Source: a marine bacterium B5-7 (lineage in GTDB: Bacteria; Pseudomonadota; Gammaproteobacteria; Arenicellales; CAJQKF01). Taken from it: a DNA stretch of 64,000 nt. Numbering within the stretch: position 1 is the first letter of the stretch; every line of letters starts with the position of its first letter. The translations under genes and the position numbers were made by a program. Below are positions 18,668 through 29,119 of the stretch, in pieces. Where the stretch lies: positions 24,282-88,281 of the forward strand of contig BQJD01000002.1 in NCBI GenBank assembly GCA_021604525.1, in the 5' to 3' direction. Below the pieces are notes generated by a model. The model saw nothing but the letters and a program-made list of their open reading frames with translations, had not been told where the DNA came from and did no database searches.

Positions 18668-20251
18668 CTACCTGCTTGCGCCCACCGCTGCCGCTACCGG
18701 CGAGTAGATAAATGGCATGCCGCGTGCGCCCTGGGTCGGACTGAAACTGGCACAGTTGGGGCAAGCAAAAAGATTCGGATAAACCATGCTCTGTGCCATG
18801 CGTGCATCGTACCGCTCGCGCAATGCATCAAATACTTCCTGCGGCAGGCACTCGTCTACCAACACCGTTTCAAGTCCGCTGACATCAATACGTGGCTGAA
18901 CCATGGCTGAATCGAGTTCCATGCCGAAATCCGTCAACCATGAAACAACCTGGGCAACTGCACCAATGATGCGTCGACCGCCCGATCCACCCATCGCAAC
19001 ACGCCGTCCATCGGGACTATCAATCACTGCCGGACACATGTTTGCCAAGGGTGATTGCCCGGGCGCTAACGAATTGGGGCGACCGGGCCTGGGATCGAAC
19101 CACATGATGCCGTTATTCATCAACATACCCGTACCAGGCAAGGTCACTTTGGAGCCGAACACCGATAACAGGGTTTGAGTCAGCGCGACAACGCGACCAT
19201 GTCGATCGGCTACCGAGATGTGCGACGTGCATGACGGATCCGCATCATGCCCCATGGATTCAAAACGCTTCTCGAAGACGTTTCGCAGCGCCTCACAAAG
19301 CGCAATGTAAAATCCGCTCGTGGGTGTCGCATGGTCATCAGCTTGTGTATGTGCCGCCAGTGCTGCCAGAACTTCGTCAAGGGACGGTCCACCGGTAAGA
19401 CCCTGGGTTGCGAATACCCGATGACCACGATAATTCGACTTAAGCGCCGGGCTATCGGTGACCCGGTAATCGGCAAGATCCTTGTGATCAAGCGGTATGC
19501 CTGCACTTGCGGCATCGGCAACAATGGATTGGGCGATTTCACCGTTGTAAAAATCGTCACCACCGGCAATCGCCAACTGTTCCAGGGTGGCGACCAATTC
19601 GGGATTATATATACGCGGTGGTGGCCCACCCCATTGACCGGCCGGTACTCTGTCGTCGGGTAAAAATCTTTTCGCGCTGTCTGCATATCTTGACAACACA
19701 CCGGCCGCGGCAGCGATGCGAACTGTTCCCTGCCAGTCCACCTCCATGCCTTCGCGGGCGAGTTCTATTGCAGGCGCAAGTAATTCTGCCCACGACAGTT
19801 CGCCCCATTTTTTATGCGCCAGCGCCATGCCTGCCACTTGTCCGGGTACGGCGATGGAAAGCGGTCCGTGAACATTGCGATCATCGACAACCGCCGGCCA
19901 CGAGAACAGATCGCCACCCACTCCACCACCTAACGGATAGTTGGCCGGGTCGAGATTGCGTGATGCGCGCATACCGAAATTGATCGCTTGTGCATCACTT
20001 TCCTCGGCTCCCAGCGTTACCATCAGACCACCGCCGCCAAGTCCACTCATCCAGGGTTCCACCACACCAACGGCAAAGGCAGTAGCGATAGCCGCGTCGA
20101 CCGCGTTGCCGCCAGCTTCTAGAATCGATGCACCGGCTAAAGACGCACGGTAATGTTGGCTCACCACCACACCGTGTGGCGATTCGGTTACCGGCTTTTC
20201 AATATGCCACCATTCTTTACGCACAAACATCTCCAGATATTGAAGCAACAA
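18668..20251 (-). CDS. Gamma-glutamyltransferase-family protein (no obvious signal peptide)
   Basis: 527 aa. Motifs AGGNAVDAAIAT, GLGGGG, autoprocessing-site context SCTSHISVADRHG, and GGSGG. The start codon is uncertain (TTG at 20251 or a downstream ATG). Confidence 0.8.
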   Translation of the reverse strand: MLLQYLEMFVRKEWWHIEKPVTESPHGVVVSQHYRASLAGASILEAGGNAVDAAIATAFAVGVVEPWMSGLGGGGLMVTLGAEESDAQAINFGMRASRNLDPANYPLGGGVGGDLFSWPAVVDDRNVHGPLSIAVPGQVAGMALAHKKWGELSWAELLAPAIELAREGMEVDWQGTVRIAAAAGVLSRYADSAKRFLPDDRVPAGQWGGPPPRIYNPELVATLEQLAIAGGDDFYNGEIAQSIVADAASAGIPLDHKDLADYRVTDSPALKSNYRGHRVFATQGLTGGPSLDEVLAALAAHTQADDHATPTSGFYIALCEALRNVFEKRFESMGHDADPSCTSHISVADRHGRVVALTQTLLSVFGSKVTLPGTGMLMNNGIMWFDPRPGRPNSLAPGQSPLANMCPAVIDSPDGRRVAMGGSGGRRIIGAVAQVVSWLTDFGMELDSAMVQPRIDVSGLETVLVDECLPQEVFDALRERYDARMAQSMVYPNLFACPNCASFSPTQGARGMPFIYSPVAAAVGASR

Positions 20252-20313
20252 GTTCTTTGTTATCGGCTCTAATCAGCACCGACATTTAAAAAATTACATC
20301 ACACGAACTGGTG

Positions 20314-21717
20314 TCAGGAAGTCAGTCTCAGGACCTTGCCTGGATTCATGATGCCATTGGGGTCGAGCGCCTGTTTGATCTGACGCATTACGTCGACTGC
20401 CACACCGTGTTCGGCTTCGAGGAAGTCGAGTTTGCCATAGCCGATACCATGCTCACCGGTACACGTACCACCCATCTCGATAGCACGGGTAACCATTTGT
20501 TGATGAACGCGGTTGGCACGTTCAACCTCTTCTTCGTTGTCATGATTCACCAACAACACCAGATGAAAATTACCATCGCCGACGTGTCCGACAATAGGCG
20601 CCAGCAGATTATTCTCATCCAGATCCTCGCGAGTCCTGGCGATGCATTCAGCCAGACGAGAGATTGGTACGCAGACGTCCGTTGCCCATATCTGTCCGTC
20701 CGGTCGTAATGCCTTGCAGGCATACGCAGCGTCATGTCGGGCGCGCCACAAACGGTTTCGCTCCTCGGTATTGGTTGTCCAGGAAAAGTCGGCACCGCCG
20801 TGCTCGTCAGCAATGGCTTCGACGGTTTCAGCCTGCTCCTTGACTGATGCATCACTACCGTGAAATTCCAGAAACAATGTCGGCGCCAAAGGATAATCGG
20901 TTTTCGAATAACGGTTGATGGCATCTATCTGCACCGCATCCAGCAGTTCAATTCGCGCAATGGGTACCCCGTACTGGATTGTCTCGATAACCGTGGCTAC
21001 AGCGTCGTCCAGAGTCTTGAAGTTGCATACTGCACTTGATATTGCCTCAGGAATGCCATAAAGCTTCAAGGTGATCTCGGTGATGATGCCAAGGGTTCCC
21101 TCCGCACCGGTGAAAAGATGGGTAAGGTCGTATCCGGCGGCCGACTTGCGCGCCCGACTTCCTGTTCGAATCACCCGACCATCCGCCATGACCACTTCAA
21201 GGGACAAGACGTTCTCGCGCATGGTGCCATAGCGAACCGCATTGGTACCTGACGCCCGGGTTGAAATCATTCCACCGATTGACGCATTGGCGCCAGGGTC
21301 CACCGGAAAAAATAACCCGCTATCATGCAGATAATCATTTAGCTGGCGACGCGTAACCCCCGGTTGAACAACGACATCGAGGTCGTCATGATTAACCTTG
21401 AGAATCTGGTTCATCTCCTGAAGATTAACGGCAACACCGCCATGCAGGGCTGAAACGCTGCCTTCAAGACTGGTACCGGCACCGTAGGGAATAACTGGTA
21501 TACGAAAACGCTGACACAGGACGAGCAACGTCGAAACCTCGGCGGTATCCTTAACCGTCACCACGGCGTCCGGCGGTATAGACGGGTGATAGGATTCGTC
21601 CTTGCCGAATCGTTCTCGAACCGCATCGCTACGACTCACCCGTTCACCAAAAAGTTGGTCGAGTTCGTCCATGAATTCCGGGTTTACAGCGATCGCGCCG
21701 TCGATTGAATGATTCAT
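20314..21717 (-). CDS. FAD-linked oxidase (D-lactate dehydrogenase / GlcD-like)
   Basis: FAD-binding PCMH-type domain (IPVIPYGAGTSLEG, GG.ISTRASGTNAVRYGTMRENVL) and a C-terminal GEHGIGYGK. The start is placed at the internal Met (MNHSIDG) behind a GGAG. The ORF track extends to 21825. Confidence 0.8.
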   Translation of the reverse strand: MNHSIDGAIAVNPEFMDELDQLFGERVSRSDAVRERFGKDESYHPSIPPDAVVTVKDTAEVSTLLVLCQRFRIPVIPYGAGTSLEGSVSALHGGVAVNLQEMNQILKVNHDDLDVVVQPGVTRRQLNDYLHDSGLFFPVDPGANASIGGMISTRASGTNAVRYGTMRENVLSLEVVMADGRVIRTGSRARKSAAGYDLTHLFTGAEGTLGIITEITLKLYGIPEAISSAVCNFKTLDDAVATVIETIQYGVPIARIELLDAVQIDAINRYSKTDYPLAPTLFLEFHGSDASVKEQAETVEAIADEHGGADFSWTTNTEERNRLWRARHDAAYACKALRPDGQIWATDVCVPISRLAECIARTREDLDENNLLAPIVGHVGDGNFHLVLLVNHDNEEEVERANRVHQQMVTRAIEMGGTCTGEHGIGYGKLDFLEAEHGVAVDVMRQIKQALDPNGIMNPGKVLRLTS

Positions 21718-21837
21718 GAAACTGACTCCATCGGGACTGAATCCCGAAGTTTGCATTGAACGGTTACTATTGTCCCTGGAATTACACCTGTCAACGCGCC
21801 ACATTCGTGTAACGTCTATTTTCAATCAGCCAAATAA

Positions 21838-22677
21838 CTACTTCAGCGATTCTGGCGGGTAATCTGCAGGATCAAAATCCGGTGCCGGAAACTGCGGATT
21901 CATGTCTATCAATGTATTGACAACCAGTTGGCTGACGACTGCATCACGAAACCAGCGTTTCTCTGCCGGTATTACATACCAGGGCGACTGTTCGTTGGAG
22001 CAACGATTAAGCGCAATCTCATACGCCTGCATGTAATCATCCCAATGCTCGCGCTCGGCGAGATCGGCGGGATTGAATTTCCAGTGTTTTTCAGGGTGAA
22101 TCAAGCGTAGCCGTAATCGTTGAAGCTGATATTCTCTGGAAATATTCAACATTATCTTGACGATGCGGGTTCCCCGATCAGCAAGAAGCTGTTCAAATTC
22201 ATTGATACGTTGATAGCGTGATTCAATCGTTTCTGGAGAGGCCCAATCGTGCACTCGCACGATCAGGACATCCTCATAGTGGGATCGATTGAAAATGCCG
22301 ATGTAACCGGCCGATGGCACCTTCTGATGCACACGCCAGAGAAAGTCGTGAGATAACTCGTTGTCGCTCGGCGCTTTGAAACTCGCGACATGGCATCCCT
22401 GCGGATTCAGGCGCTCACAGAGTTTACGAATAGTACTGTCCTTGCCCCCTGTATCCATTGCCTGCAAAACCACCAACAGCGATTGCCTGCTCTGTGCATA
22501 CAAACGCTCCTGGAGCTCGGCCAACAGTTTGAGATTTCGCTTGTGAATCTTGCGGGCTGCCTCTCGCTTAAACCCCTGTGTATCACTGGTGAGCATGTCG
22601 GCAAGGGCGACAGGTTGTGCTGCCCGGACCCGATATTTTTCGTAATCGATAACCACCGATTCAGTATCGGCCATCAA
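21838..22677 (-). CDS. Polyphosphate kinase 2 (PPK2) family protein
   Basis: 279 aa. Motifs LLVVLQAMDTGGKDSTI (Walker A-like), FLWRVHQKVP.AG.IGIFNRSHYEDVL and PWYVIPAEKRW. Confidence 0.85.
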   Translation of the reverse strand: MMADTESVVIDYEKYRVRAAQPVALADMLTSDTQGFKREAARKIHKRNLKLLAELQERLYAQSRQSLLVVLQAMDTGGKDSTIRKLCERLNPQGCHVASFKAPSDNELSHDFLWRVHQKVPSAGYIGIFNRSHYEDVLIVRVHDWASPETIESRYQRINEFEQLLADRGTRIVKIMLNISREYQLQRLRLRLIHPEKHWKFNPADLAEREHWDDYMQAYEIALNRCSNEQSPWYVIPAEKRWFRDAVVSQLVVNTLIDMNPQFPAPDFDPADYPPESLK

Positions 22678-22903
22678 CTGTTCTCCGCAGAAGGCTTTTA
22701 TGGAAATACCACACGCCGGGATAGTAGCATGCGCATTGAAGTCATCGATGATTCTGTGGTCAGTCTGCTCACTTGCCGGAATCAGATTTTCTCGTGCTTC
22801 ACCAATACATCCTGAACGCCAACGTGGTCACTGATAAATGGACTTCGGGAGGGTAACGATCCGGCTATCACATATTTTCCGGATTAGCGTCTTTCGGCAA
22901 GAG

Positions 22904-23323
22904 TCACCATTCTCCACTGTTAGGCATCGAAGCCCACGGTTCCGATAGTGGCAGTGCCTCACCTTTTTGCAGTAACTCAATGGAAATATTGTCCGGCGAT
23001 CGCACAAACGCCATGTGTCCGTCACGGGGTGGACGGTTGATGACTACATCGTTGTCCATGAGATGCTGACAAAGCGCGTAGATATCGTCGACTTCGTAGG
23101 CAAGATGACCGAAGTTGCGGCCACCGCTGTATTCTTCCGGATCCCAATTATAGGTGAGTTCAATCTGCGACTCGGGATTCTCATCTGCGCCCAGAAAGAC
23201 CAATGTAAACCGACCGGATTCATGTTCGCTGCGCTTGATCTCTTTCAGGCCAAGCTTGTTACAGTAAAAGTCGAGTGACGCATCGATGTCGGTAACGCGC
23301 ACCATGGTATGCAAATATTTCAT
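22904..23323 (-). CDS. gloA: Lactoylglutathione lyase (glyoxalase I)
   Basis: 139 aa. [20 protein letters not shown]...ELTYNWD...[11 protein letters not shown]...[16 protein letters not shown] is typical of GloA/VOC proteins. Confidence 0.8.
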   Translation of the reverse strand: MKYLHTMVRVTDIDASLDFYCNKLGLKEIKRSEHESGRFTLVFLGADENPESQIELTYNWDPEEYSGGRNFGHLAYEVDDIYALCQHLMDNDVVINRPPRDGHMAFVRSPDNISIELLQKGEALPLSEPWASMPNSGEW

Positions 23324-23374
23324 GTCGTAACTCCGATTCTGTTTACAGTTGATCCAGATGCGGACCGCCCAGAA

Positions 23375-24481
23375 TCATATGTCGAGATCGTTAGTCCGAT
23401 TGGCAAGTTCCTCATGCCGGGCGATAGCCAGTTCCACCAGTCTATCAATAAGTTCAGCATAGGAGATGCCCGCTTCCTGCCACAGTTTTGGATACATGCT
23501 GATCGGCGTGAATCCGGGAATCGTGTTGATCTCGTTGATGATGATTCGCACTGATGCCTGCTGTGGCTTAATCAGGAAATCGACCCGCGAAAGCCCGGCC
23601 GCCTCCACCGCATAAAATGCACGCAATGCAACCTGGCGAATTGCATCGGCAAGATCGTCATCAATATTTGCGGGAATCACCAACTGCGATTTGTCGTCGA
23701 TATATTTAGTTTCATAGTTGTAGAACTCAGCACCGGGTATGATTTCGCCCAGTGGCGAAGCTTCGGCCGAATCGTTGCCCAGGACCGCGCACTCAATCTC
23801 AAGTGCGTTTTCAACCGATTGTTCCACCATCACCTTGTAATCAAATCCCAGAGCGAAGTCGATGGCATCTGCCAATGCATCGGGATTGTGTGCTTTGCTA
23901 ATGCCGACACTGGAGCCGAGATTGCATGGCTTGACGAACATCGGGAAGTCGAGTGCAGACACACACCGTTCGATTTCACCTGAGCGGTTACCACGCCAAC
24001 TGGCGCCACGTATCGATAGCCAGGCAGTCTGCTCGAGACCTTCCGCTGCAAATGCCCGGCGCATCATCTCCTTGTCCATCGAAACCGCCGAACCGACCAC
24101 ACCGGAACCAACATAGGCAATACCTGCAAGGTCAAGCAGGCCTTGTATCGTGCCGTCTTCACCATTAGGTCCATGGAGGACAGGAAAGACGACATCAACC
24201 CTGAGATCCAGCGTGGCATCGGTGGGCGACTTGAGATGGCCGTCGCCACAATAGTCGAGATAAACCGGCGCACCGTCGCTTTCAACGACCTGCCGCTCGG
24301 CAAGTACACGATCGAGATCTTCGGGAAGCACCCAGCGACCGGACCGGGTAATTCCAACCAGGGTCAAGTCGTAGCGATCGTCATCAATTGCAGCTAACAT
24401 CGAGCGCGCCGAGGTTACAGAAACTTCGTGTTCGCAGGACTGCCCGCCAAACAACAGAACGAGACTCAATTTATTCGACAT
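23375..24481 (-). CDS. ddl: D-alanine--D-alanine ligase (long, DdlA-type)
   Basis: 368 aa. Motifs VLLFGGQSCEHEVSVTSA, FPVLHGPNGEDGTIQGLL, ATP-grasp FVKP...GSSVGISK, and the C-terminal INEINTIPGFT. Confidence 0.9.
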   Translation of the reverse strand: MSNKLSLVLLFGGQSCEHEVSVTSARSMLAAIDDDRYDLTLVGITRSGRWVLPEDLDRVLAERQVVESDGAPVYLDYCGDGHLKSPTDATLDLRVDVVFPVLHGPNGEDGTIQGLLDLAGIAYVGSGVVGSAVSMDKEMMRRAFAAEGLEQTAWLSIRGASWRGNRSGEIERCVSALDFPMFVKPCNLGSSVGISKAHNPDALADAIDFALGFDYKVMVEQSVENALEIECAVLGNDSAEASPLGEIIPGAEFYNYETKYIDDKSQLVIPANIDDDLADAIRQVALRAFYAVEAAGLSRVDFLIKPQQASVRIIINEINTIPGFTPISMYPKLWQEAGISYAELIDRLVELAIARHEELANRTNDLDI

Positions 24482-24859
24482 GAATGAACTCTTGGGTAAC
24501 CATCAAAGTATAAAATTTAATTGAAAGGATATGTGTTATACAAACGCATATGTGATGGTACAAAAACGAATTTGCACATTCAGGGTAAATTCATGGCAGT
24601 TAGCAGACGCTGGACAATATCCGCACCATTAAAAATTTCCACATCGTCGACGCCAATCCGTTGCCCTGTGTAAAATGCCATCACTTATTGTTCAGTATCG
24701 CATAACCCGAAGGTCATCCACACCCGCCTACGACGTACCCGGTAGATAGACTTTGCATGAAAAATCAATCATGACCGATATTCGTCTGGCGTATTCAACT
24801 CCTCGCCGACTTGCCGTGCTGCGTATCGACCGGCCGTCGTTCACTGACCATTCATCGAC

Positions 24860-26263
24860 GTGAGGTTATCTGCTGCTGTTGTAGTGTTGTTACATCGATA
24901 CTGCACGGTCAAGTGGATAGCGTGCTTCATGCTGTCATATCTCGGCTGGACTGCACTCGCCGAAGCAGGAACAACAATAACCCGTATGGAGGTAGTGCTG
25001 GAGATCGCACTCGATGGCTCAATGCTCGTCAGGGAAAGCATGACGATTACTGCCGATACGAGTCATTCACCACCCTATCGCGACGTGAGCTTGCACAGCA
25101 TTGACCCAAGTCGGCAACTGCCGATGACCATCGATGTTCTCAACGTCGAGCATTTTGATCAGCTATCACGTTGGCAAACGCAATTCAGCGAAGATGCCAT
25201 GCGAATTCATCTCGCCAATCCATCCAGGAAACTACCGCGCGGGAGACACACTTATGAACTTCTCTATTACGTTGACGGCCATCTGCTTTCCAGTCGTCAA
25301 CACGAGATGCTGCTATGGCGGCCTCTGGGTCCAGGCATGTCATCAGCAGTCCAAAACCTCACCGTCAAAATACGCTTTGCCCGGCCCTTCAAGGGCGATA
25401 CAGTCAAGGTGCTGACAGGCATTAAAGGATCAACAACGACATATCCATTTACGACTCGCATCGGTAACGACGGGACGGTCGATTTAGCCTTCAATAATAC
25501 CCTTGTGGCATATGCAGCGCCGGGTATCGCTGTTGCCTGGCCAAAAGGCCGTCTTGATATTGCTTCCAACAGCGAAACCACTCCCTGGATGAGGCCAGAT
25601 GCGCGTGGCCTTTACTGGGTGACAGCGACGCTGATCATTGCCTTGAGTCTGGTACTAGGCGGACGATTCGTGAGGACGGAACGTCGCACGCTCCTAATCG
25701 GCATCTCAGTACTGGTATCGTTTCTCGGATGTTACTGGGGCGGAAGGATGTTAAGTCTTGATGTTACCCGCTTTAATATTGATTTTTTATTCGCGGTGAG
25801 CCTTCTGCTTACCATCTGGCTGCTGCGAAGCTGGTTGATGATTCCACAAAAAGTTCTTGCTTATGGCACCCTTTCAGCCATGCTGATTCTATTTATTGCC
25901 TGGCGATTGGCAATCAATACATCACCCTGGTACCCACTGCTTGTTCTCGCCCATGTCGATATCTATTTTATCGGTACCCTGCTTGAGGGCTATAAACTCA
26001 AACGACATCCGCGACCCCGAAATTCAAGGCCTGATATTCCTGTGACTGATACAACATTTGCAGATGGTTTGAAAAGAGAAAAAGTCAGACACCAACGTCC
26101 ACAACAAAAACCTTTCAGAACACCGCACCAACAACTGCATCAGCGCCAGGAACCACGCTTCGACCCGGTAGCGGTCAATGAGGGAGACCATGTTTCCGAC
26201 AAAACGGATAGATCTCCTCCAGAGCCGTTTATTCTTCCTCAGGATGTTCGAAAGCCTCGGTGA
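24860..26263 (+). CDS. Membrane protein, DUF2207-like architecture (extracytoplasmic N-domain, several TM helices, basic disordered tail)
   Basis: 467 aa. After a signal/anchor comes a ~230-aa soluble domain, then 4-5 hydrophobic helices (YWVTATLIIALSLVLGG...) and an R/K/Q/P-rich tail. The family assignment is a weak by-eye call. The start is uncertain (GTG 24860 or ATG 24929). Confidence 0.5.
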   Translation: MRLSAAVVVLLHRYCTVKWIACFMLSYLGWTALAEAGTTITRMEVVLEIALDGSMLVRESMTITADTSHSPPYRDVSLHSIDPSRQLPMTIDVLNVEHFDQLSRWQTQFSEDAMRIHLANPSRKLPRGRHTYELLYYVDGHLLSSRQHEMLLWRPLGPGMSSAVQNLTVKIRFARPFKGDTVKVLTGIKGSTTTYPFTTRIGNDGTVDLAFNNTLVAYAAPGIAVAWPKGRLDIASNSETTPWMRPDARGLYWVTATLIIALSLVLGGRFVRTERRTLLIGISVLVSFLGCYWGGRMLSLDVTRFNIDFLFAVSLLLTIWLLRSWLMIPQKVLAYGTLSAMLILFIAWRLAINTSPWYPLLVLAHVDIYFIGTLLEGYKLKRHPRPRNSRPDIPVTDTTFADGLKREKVRHQRPQQKPFRTPHQQLHQRQEPRFDPVAVNEGDHVSDKTDRSPPEPFILPQDVRKPR

Positions 26264-28271
26264 GTCGTTTTTGCACTTCACCAGGCGCCGGTTCGTAGGT
26301 ACTAAGCGCCAGTTCAAAGCTGCCCTCGCCGGCTGTCATGGAGTTCAATCGTGATGGATAGTCGCCGATCTCAGCCATAGGCACTTGCCCGATTATTATC
26401 ATCTGATCGCCCCCAACGCTGTCGGTGCTGTTGACCCGCCCCCGTCGCGAGGACAGATCTCCAGTCACATCACCCATACTTTGGCCTGGTACCGTCACGC
26501 TAATATCCATGATCGGCTCAAGAACCATGGGGCGGGCTTTTGATATCGCATCCAGAAATGCCTTCCGGCCGGCAGAAACGAAGGCGATTTCTTTCGAATC
26601 CACCGGGTGATGCTTGCCGTCATACACGGTCACTTCGATGTCCTGGAGTGGGAAGCCGGCTATAGCACCGCCTTCGAGGACCTGCCTGACACCTTTCTCA
26701 ACCGCGACAATAAGGGGCGCGGGAATAGCACCACCGACGACCTTATTAACGAACTCAAACCCGTTGCCACGAGACAGTGGACGAACCTTGAGAAATACTT
26801 CACCAAACTGGCCTGCCCCACCTGTCTGCTTTTTGTGTCGGCAGTGGCCTTCCGCTTCACGTGCAATGGTCTCGCGATAAGGAACCGATGGCGCGGCTGT
26901 TTCAATCTCTACATTATATTGTTCGGACAGGCGCTCAATGGCGATTCGCAAATGCAGATCGCCAAGGCCACGCAAGATGACTTCGTTAACGTCGGGATTA
27001 CGCTCCAGTTTAAGACAGGGGTCTTCGCCGACCAGTTTGGCCAGTGCATCCATCAGTTTCTGTTCGTCACCATGCTTGGCAGGTGTAATGGCGAGGCCGA
27101 CCATGGGCACTGGTAATTCAAGTGGATGCAGATGGATATGATCTTCATCGTGTGAGTCATGCAGCACGCCGTCATATTCCAGGCTATCATTTTTGGTGAT
27201 TACTGCAATATCACCCGGAATCGCTTGATTCATGTCCTTCAGATCATGTCCGAACGGGCGCAGTATCGAAGTAATTTTAATGGGCTTACGGGCATCGCCA
27301 ATAAATAACTGGGCATCCCGATTGATCACGCCCTGGTGCATCCGGATGTAGGCAATACGACCGATGAACGGATCGAAGGATATCTTGAACACATGTCCCA
27401 GCGCATGGCGGTCGCTATCGGCTATCACCTCAACCGGCTCGGCATCAACACTTTCGCCGTTGTCGAAGCGAGGCGGGTTGCCTTCCGTCGGGTTGGGTAG
27501 CAGGCGCTCGATCACTGTGACCAGTTCACTGACACCGACTCCACTTTCCGCCGAGGTAAAACATACCGGGATCAAATGGCCTTCGCGCAGGGCTTGCTCG
27601 AAGGTATCGTGGAGGCGATCGGCCGCGACCTTGCCCGCCTCCAGATATTCCGCCATCAATTCTTCGTCCACTTCTACGGCCTGATCGACAATCGCGGTAT
27701 GCGCCTGTTCTACGGAAGAAAAATCGGCTGCGCCATCGGGATTGAAAAAACAATCGACAACACGCGTGGCATTGTCGGCGGGAAGATTGAGAGCCAGACA
27801 CTCAGCGCCAAATTCCTCCTGTAGTGAGACATATACGGCTTCAAGATCGACACCCGGTTGATCGATTTGATTGACAATGATCATCCGACACTGATCTCGG
27901 GCTGCCAGCCAGTCCATCATCTTGCGGGTAGTCGGCTCGATGCCCTTGAGCGCGTTGACGACAACCGCAACTGTCTCAACGGCCGGTAACACACTTAAGG
28001 CTGCGCCCATGAAATCAGGATAACCCGGAGTGTCGACGAGGTTGCATCTGAGCGCACCACGATCGAACGACATGACCGATGAAGCGAGTGAATGCTGGTG
28101 TTTCTTTTCAAGCGGATCGAAATCACTCACCAGCGAGCCACGCTCGATCGAGCCTGCCTGGTCAAGGGCGTCGGCGGCGACCAGCACACTCTCGCTGAGA
28201 AGGGTCTTGCCTGATCCAGCATGCCCGACGAGGGCGAGATTACGTATCTGTGAGGTTGTGTACTCCGCCAT
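26229..28271 (-). CDS. Elongation factor G paralogue (EF-G-like translational GTPase)
   Basis: 680 aa. G1 GHAGSGKT, G3 DTPGYPDF, G4 variant NQID. Domains II-V are recognisable (GDLHL, HKKQTGGAGQFG, GFPL.D..V...DG..H.VDS). Confidence 0.85.
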   Translation of the reverse strand: MAEYTTSQIRNLALVGHAGSGKTLLSESVLVAADALDQAGSIERGSLVSDFDPLEKKHQHSLASSVMSFDRGALRCNLVDTPGYPDFMGAALSVLPAVETVAVVVNALKGIEPTTRKMMDWLAARDQCRMIIVNQIDQPGVDLEAVYVSLQEEFGAECLALNLPADNATRVVDCFFNPDGAADFSSVEQAHTAIVDQAVEVDEELMAEYLEAGKVAADRLHDTFEQALREGHLIPVCFTSAESGVGVSELVTVIERLLPNPTEGNPPRFDNGESVDAEPVEVIADSDRHALGHVFKISFDPFIGRIAYIRMHQGVINRDAQLFIGDARKPIKITSILRPFGHDLKDMNQAIPGDIAVITKNDSLEYDGVLHDSHDEDHIHLHPLELPVPMVGLAITPAKHGDEQKLMDALAKLVGEDPCLKLERNPDVNEVILRGLGDLHLRIAIERLSEQYNVEIETAAPSVPYRETIAREAEGHCRHKKQTGGAGQFGEVFLKVRPLSRGNGFEFVNKVVGGAIPAPLIVAVEKGVRQVLEGGAIAGFPLQDIEVTVYDGKHHPVDSKEIAFVSAGRKAFLDAISKARPMVLEPIMDISVTVPGQSMGDVTGDLSSRRGRVNSTDSVGGDQMIIIGQVPMAEIGDYPSRLNSMTAGEGSFELALSTYEPAPGEVQKRLTEAFEHPEEE

Positions 28272-28384
28272 GATGATCCTCTTTATACTTGTCGCTCTTA
28301 TTAAATTCGGCTTAACGTGAATCGGCCATTAAACGATCCGTTAGTGTTTTGTTATACCTGAATCAGCAATATGAAAAAAGTGCC

Positions 28385-29011
28385 ATGAGTCAAGAACAAA
28401 CCGGCGCACAAAACTGGGAGGCCCGCTACCGACGGCAGAGTACCCCATGGGATCGAGGCGAGACCTCGCCGGCGCTTTTATCATGGCTGCGGCAGGGCGA
28501 GGTACCGGCAGGACGTATCGCGGTACCCGGCTGCGGCTACGGACATGAAGTCATCACCCTCTGTGAACACGGCTTCAGCGTCACGGCAATTGATATTTCG
28601 GCCACCGCCATTGAATCCCTGGCAAAGCGACTCGATGCCAGCGGACTCACCGCTGAGCTGGTGGCGTGCGATGTCCTCGACTATTCGCCTGACACGCCAT
28701 TCGACGGCATTTTCGAACAGACATGTCTGTGCGCACTTGATCCTGCCTTGTGGCGCCGATATGTCGATCAACTTGCGCGCTGGCTAAAACCATCCGGAAT
28801 TCTGCTGGCATTATTCATGCAGACCGGCAAACCGGGTGGCCCTCCATGGCACTGCGACCCGATTGCCATGCAGCGCTTGTTCAAGCCGCCCCTTTGGCGC
28901 TGGCTGGACACCTCCGCCGCCGCGATACCCTTCATGGAAACGATGTCGGAATATCCGACGATTTTGCAGCGCTGCGCCCAGAATCTGACTGCCAGTAAGC
29001 CGGTGGCCTGA
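28385..29011 (+). CDS. SAM-dependent methyltransferase, TPMT (thiopurine/halide methyltransferase) family
   Basis: Motifs WEARYRRQSTPWDRG, SAM motif VPGCGYGHEV, and FDGIFEQTCLCAL. The start is taken at the internal ATG (MSQEQTG); the ORF track starts at 28349. Confidence 0.7.
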   Translation: MSQEQTGAQNWEARYRRQSTPWDRGETSPALLSWLRQGEVPAGRIAVPGCGYGHEVITLCEHGFSVTAIDISATAIESLAKRLDASGLTAELVACDVLDYSPDTPFDGIFEQTCLCALDPALWRRYVDQLARWLKPSGILLALFMQTGKPGGPPWHCDPIAMQRLFKPPLWRWLDTSAAAIPFMETMSEYPTILQRCAQNLTASKPVA

Positions 29012-29119
29012 GAAAATTTAATTACAATGCCAATATTTTGCCGATTAGTATCCGTGACGCTTGATTCGGCGAACCTCATTCGCTATGTTACGGCCTCTTT
29101 TTCTTGTGGAGAGGTCAGG

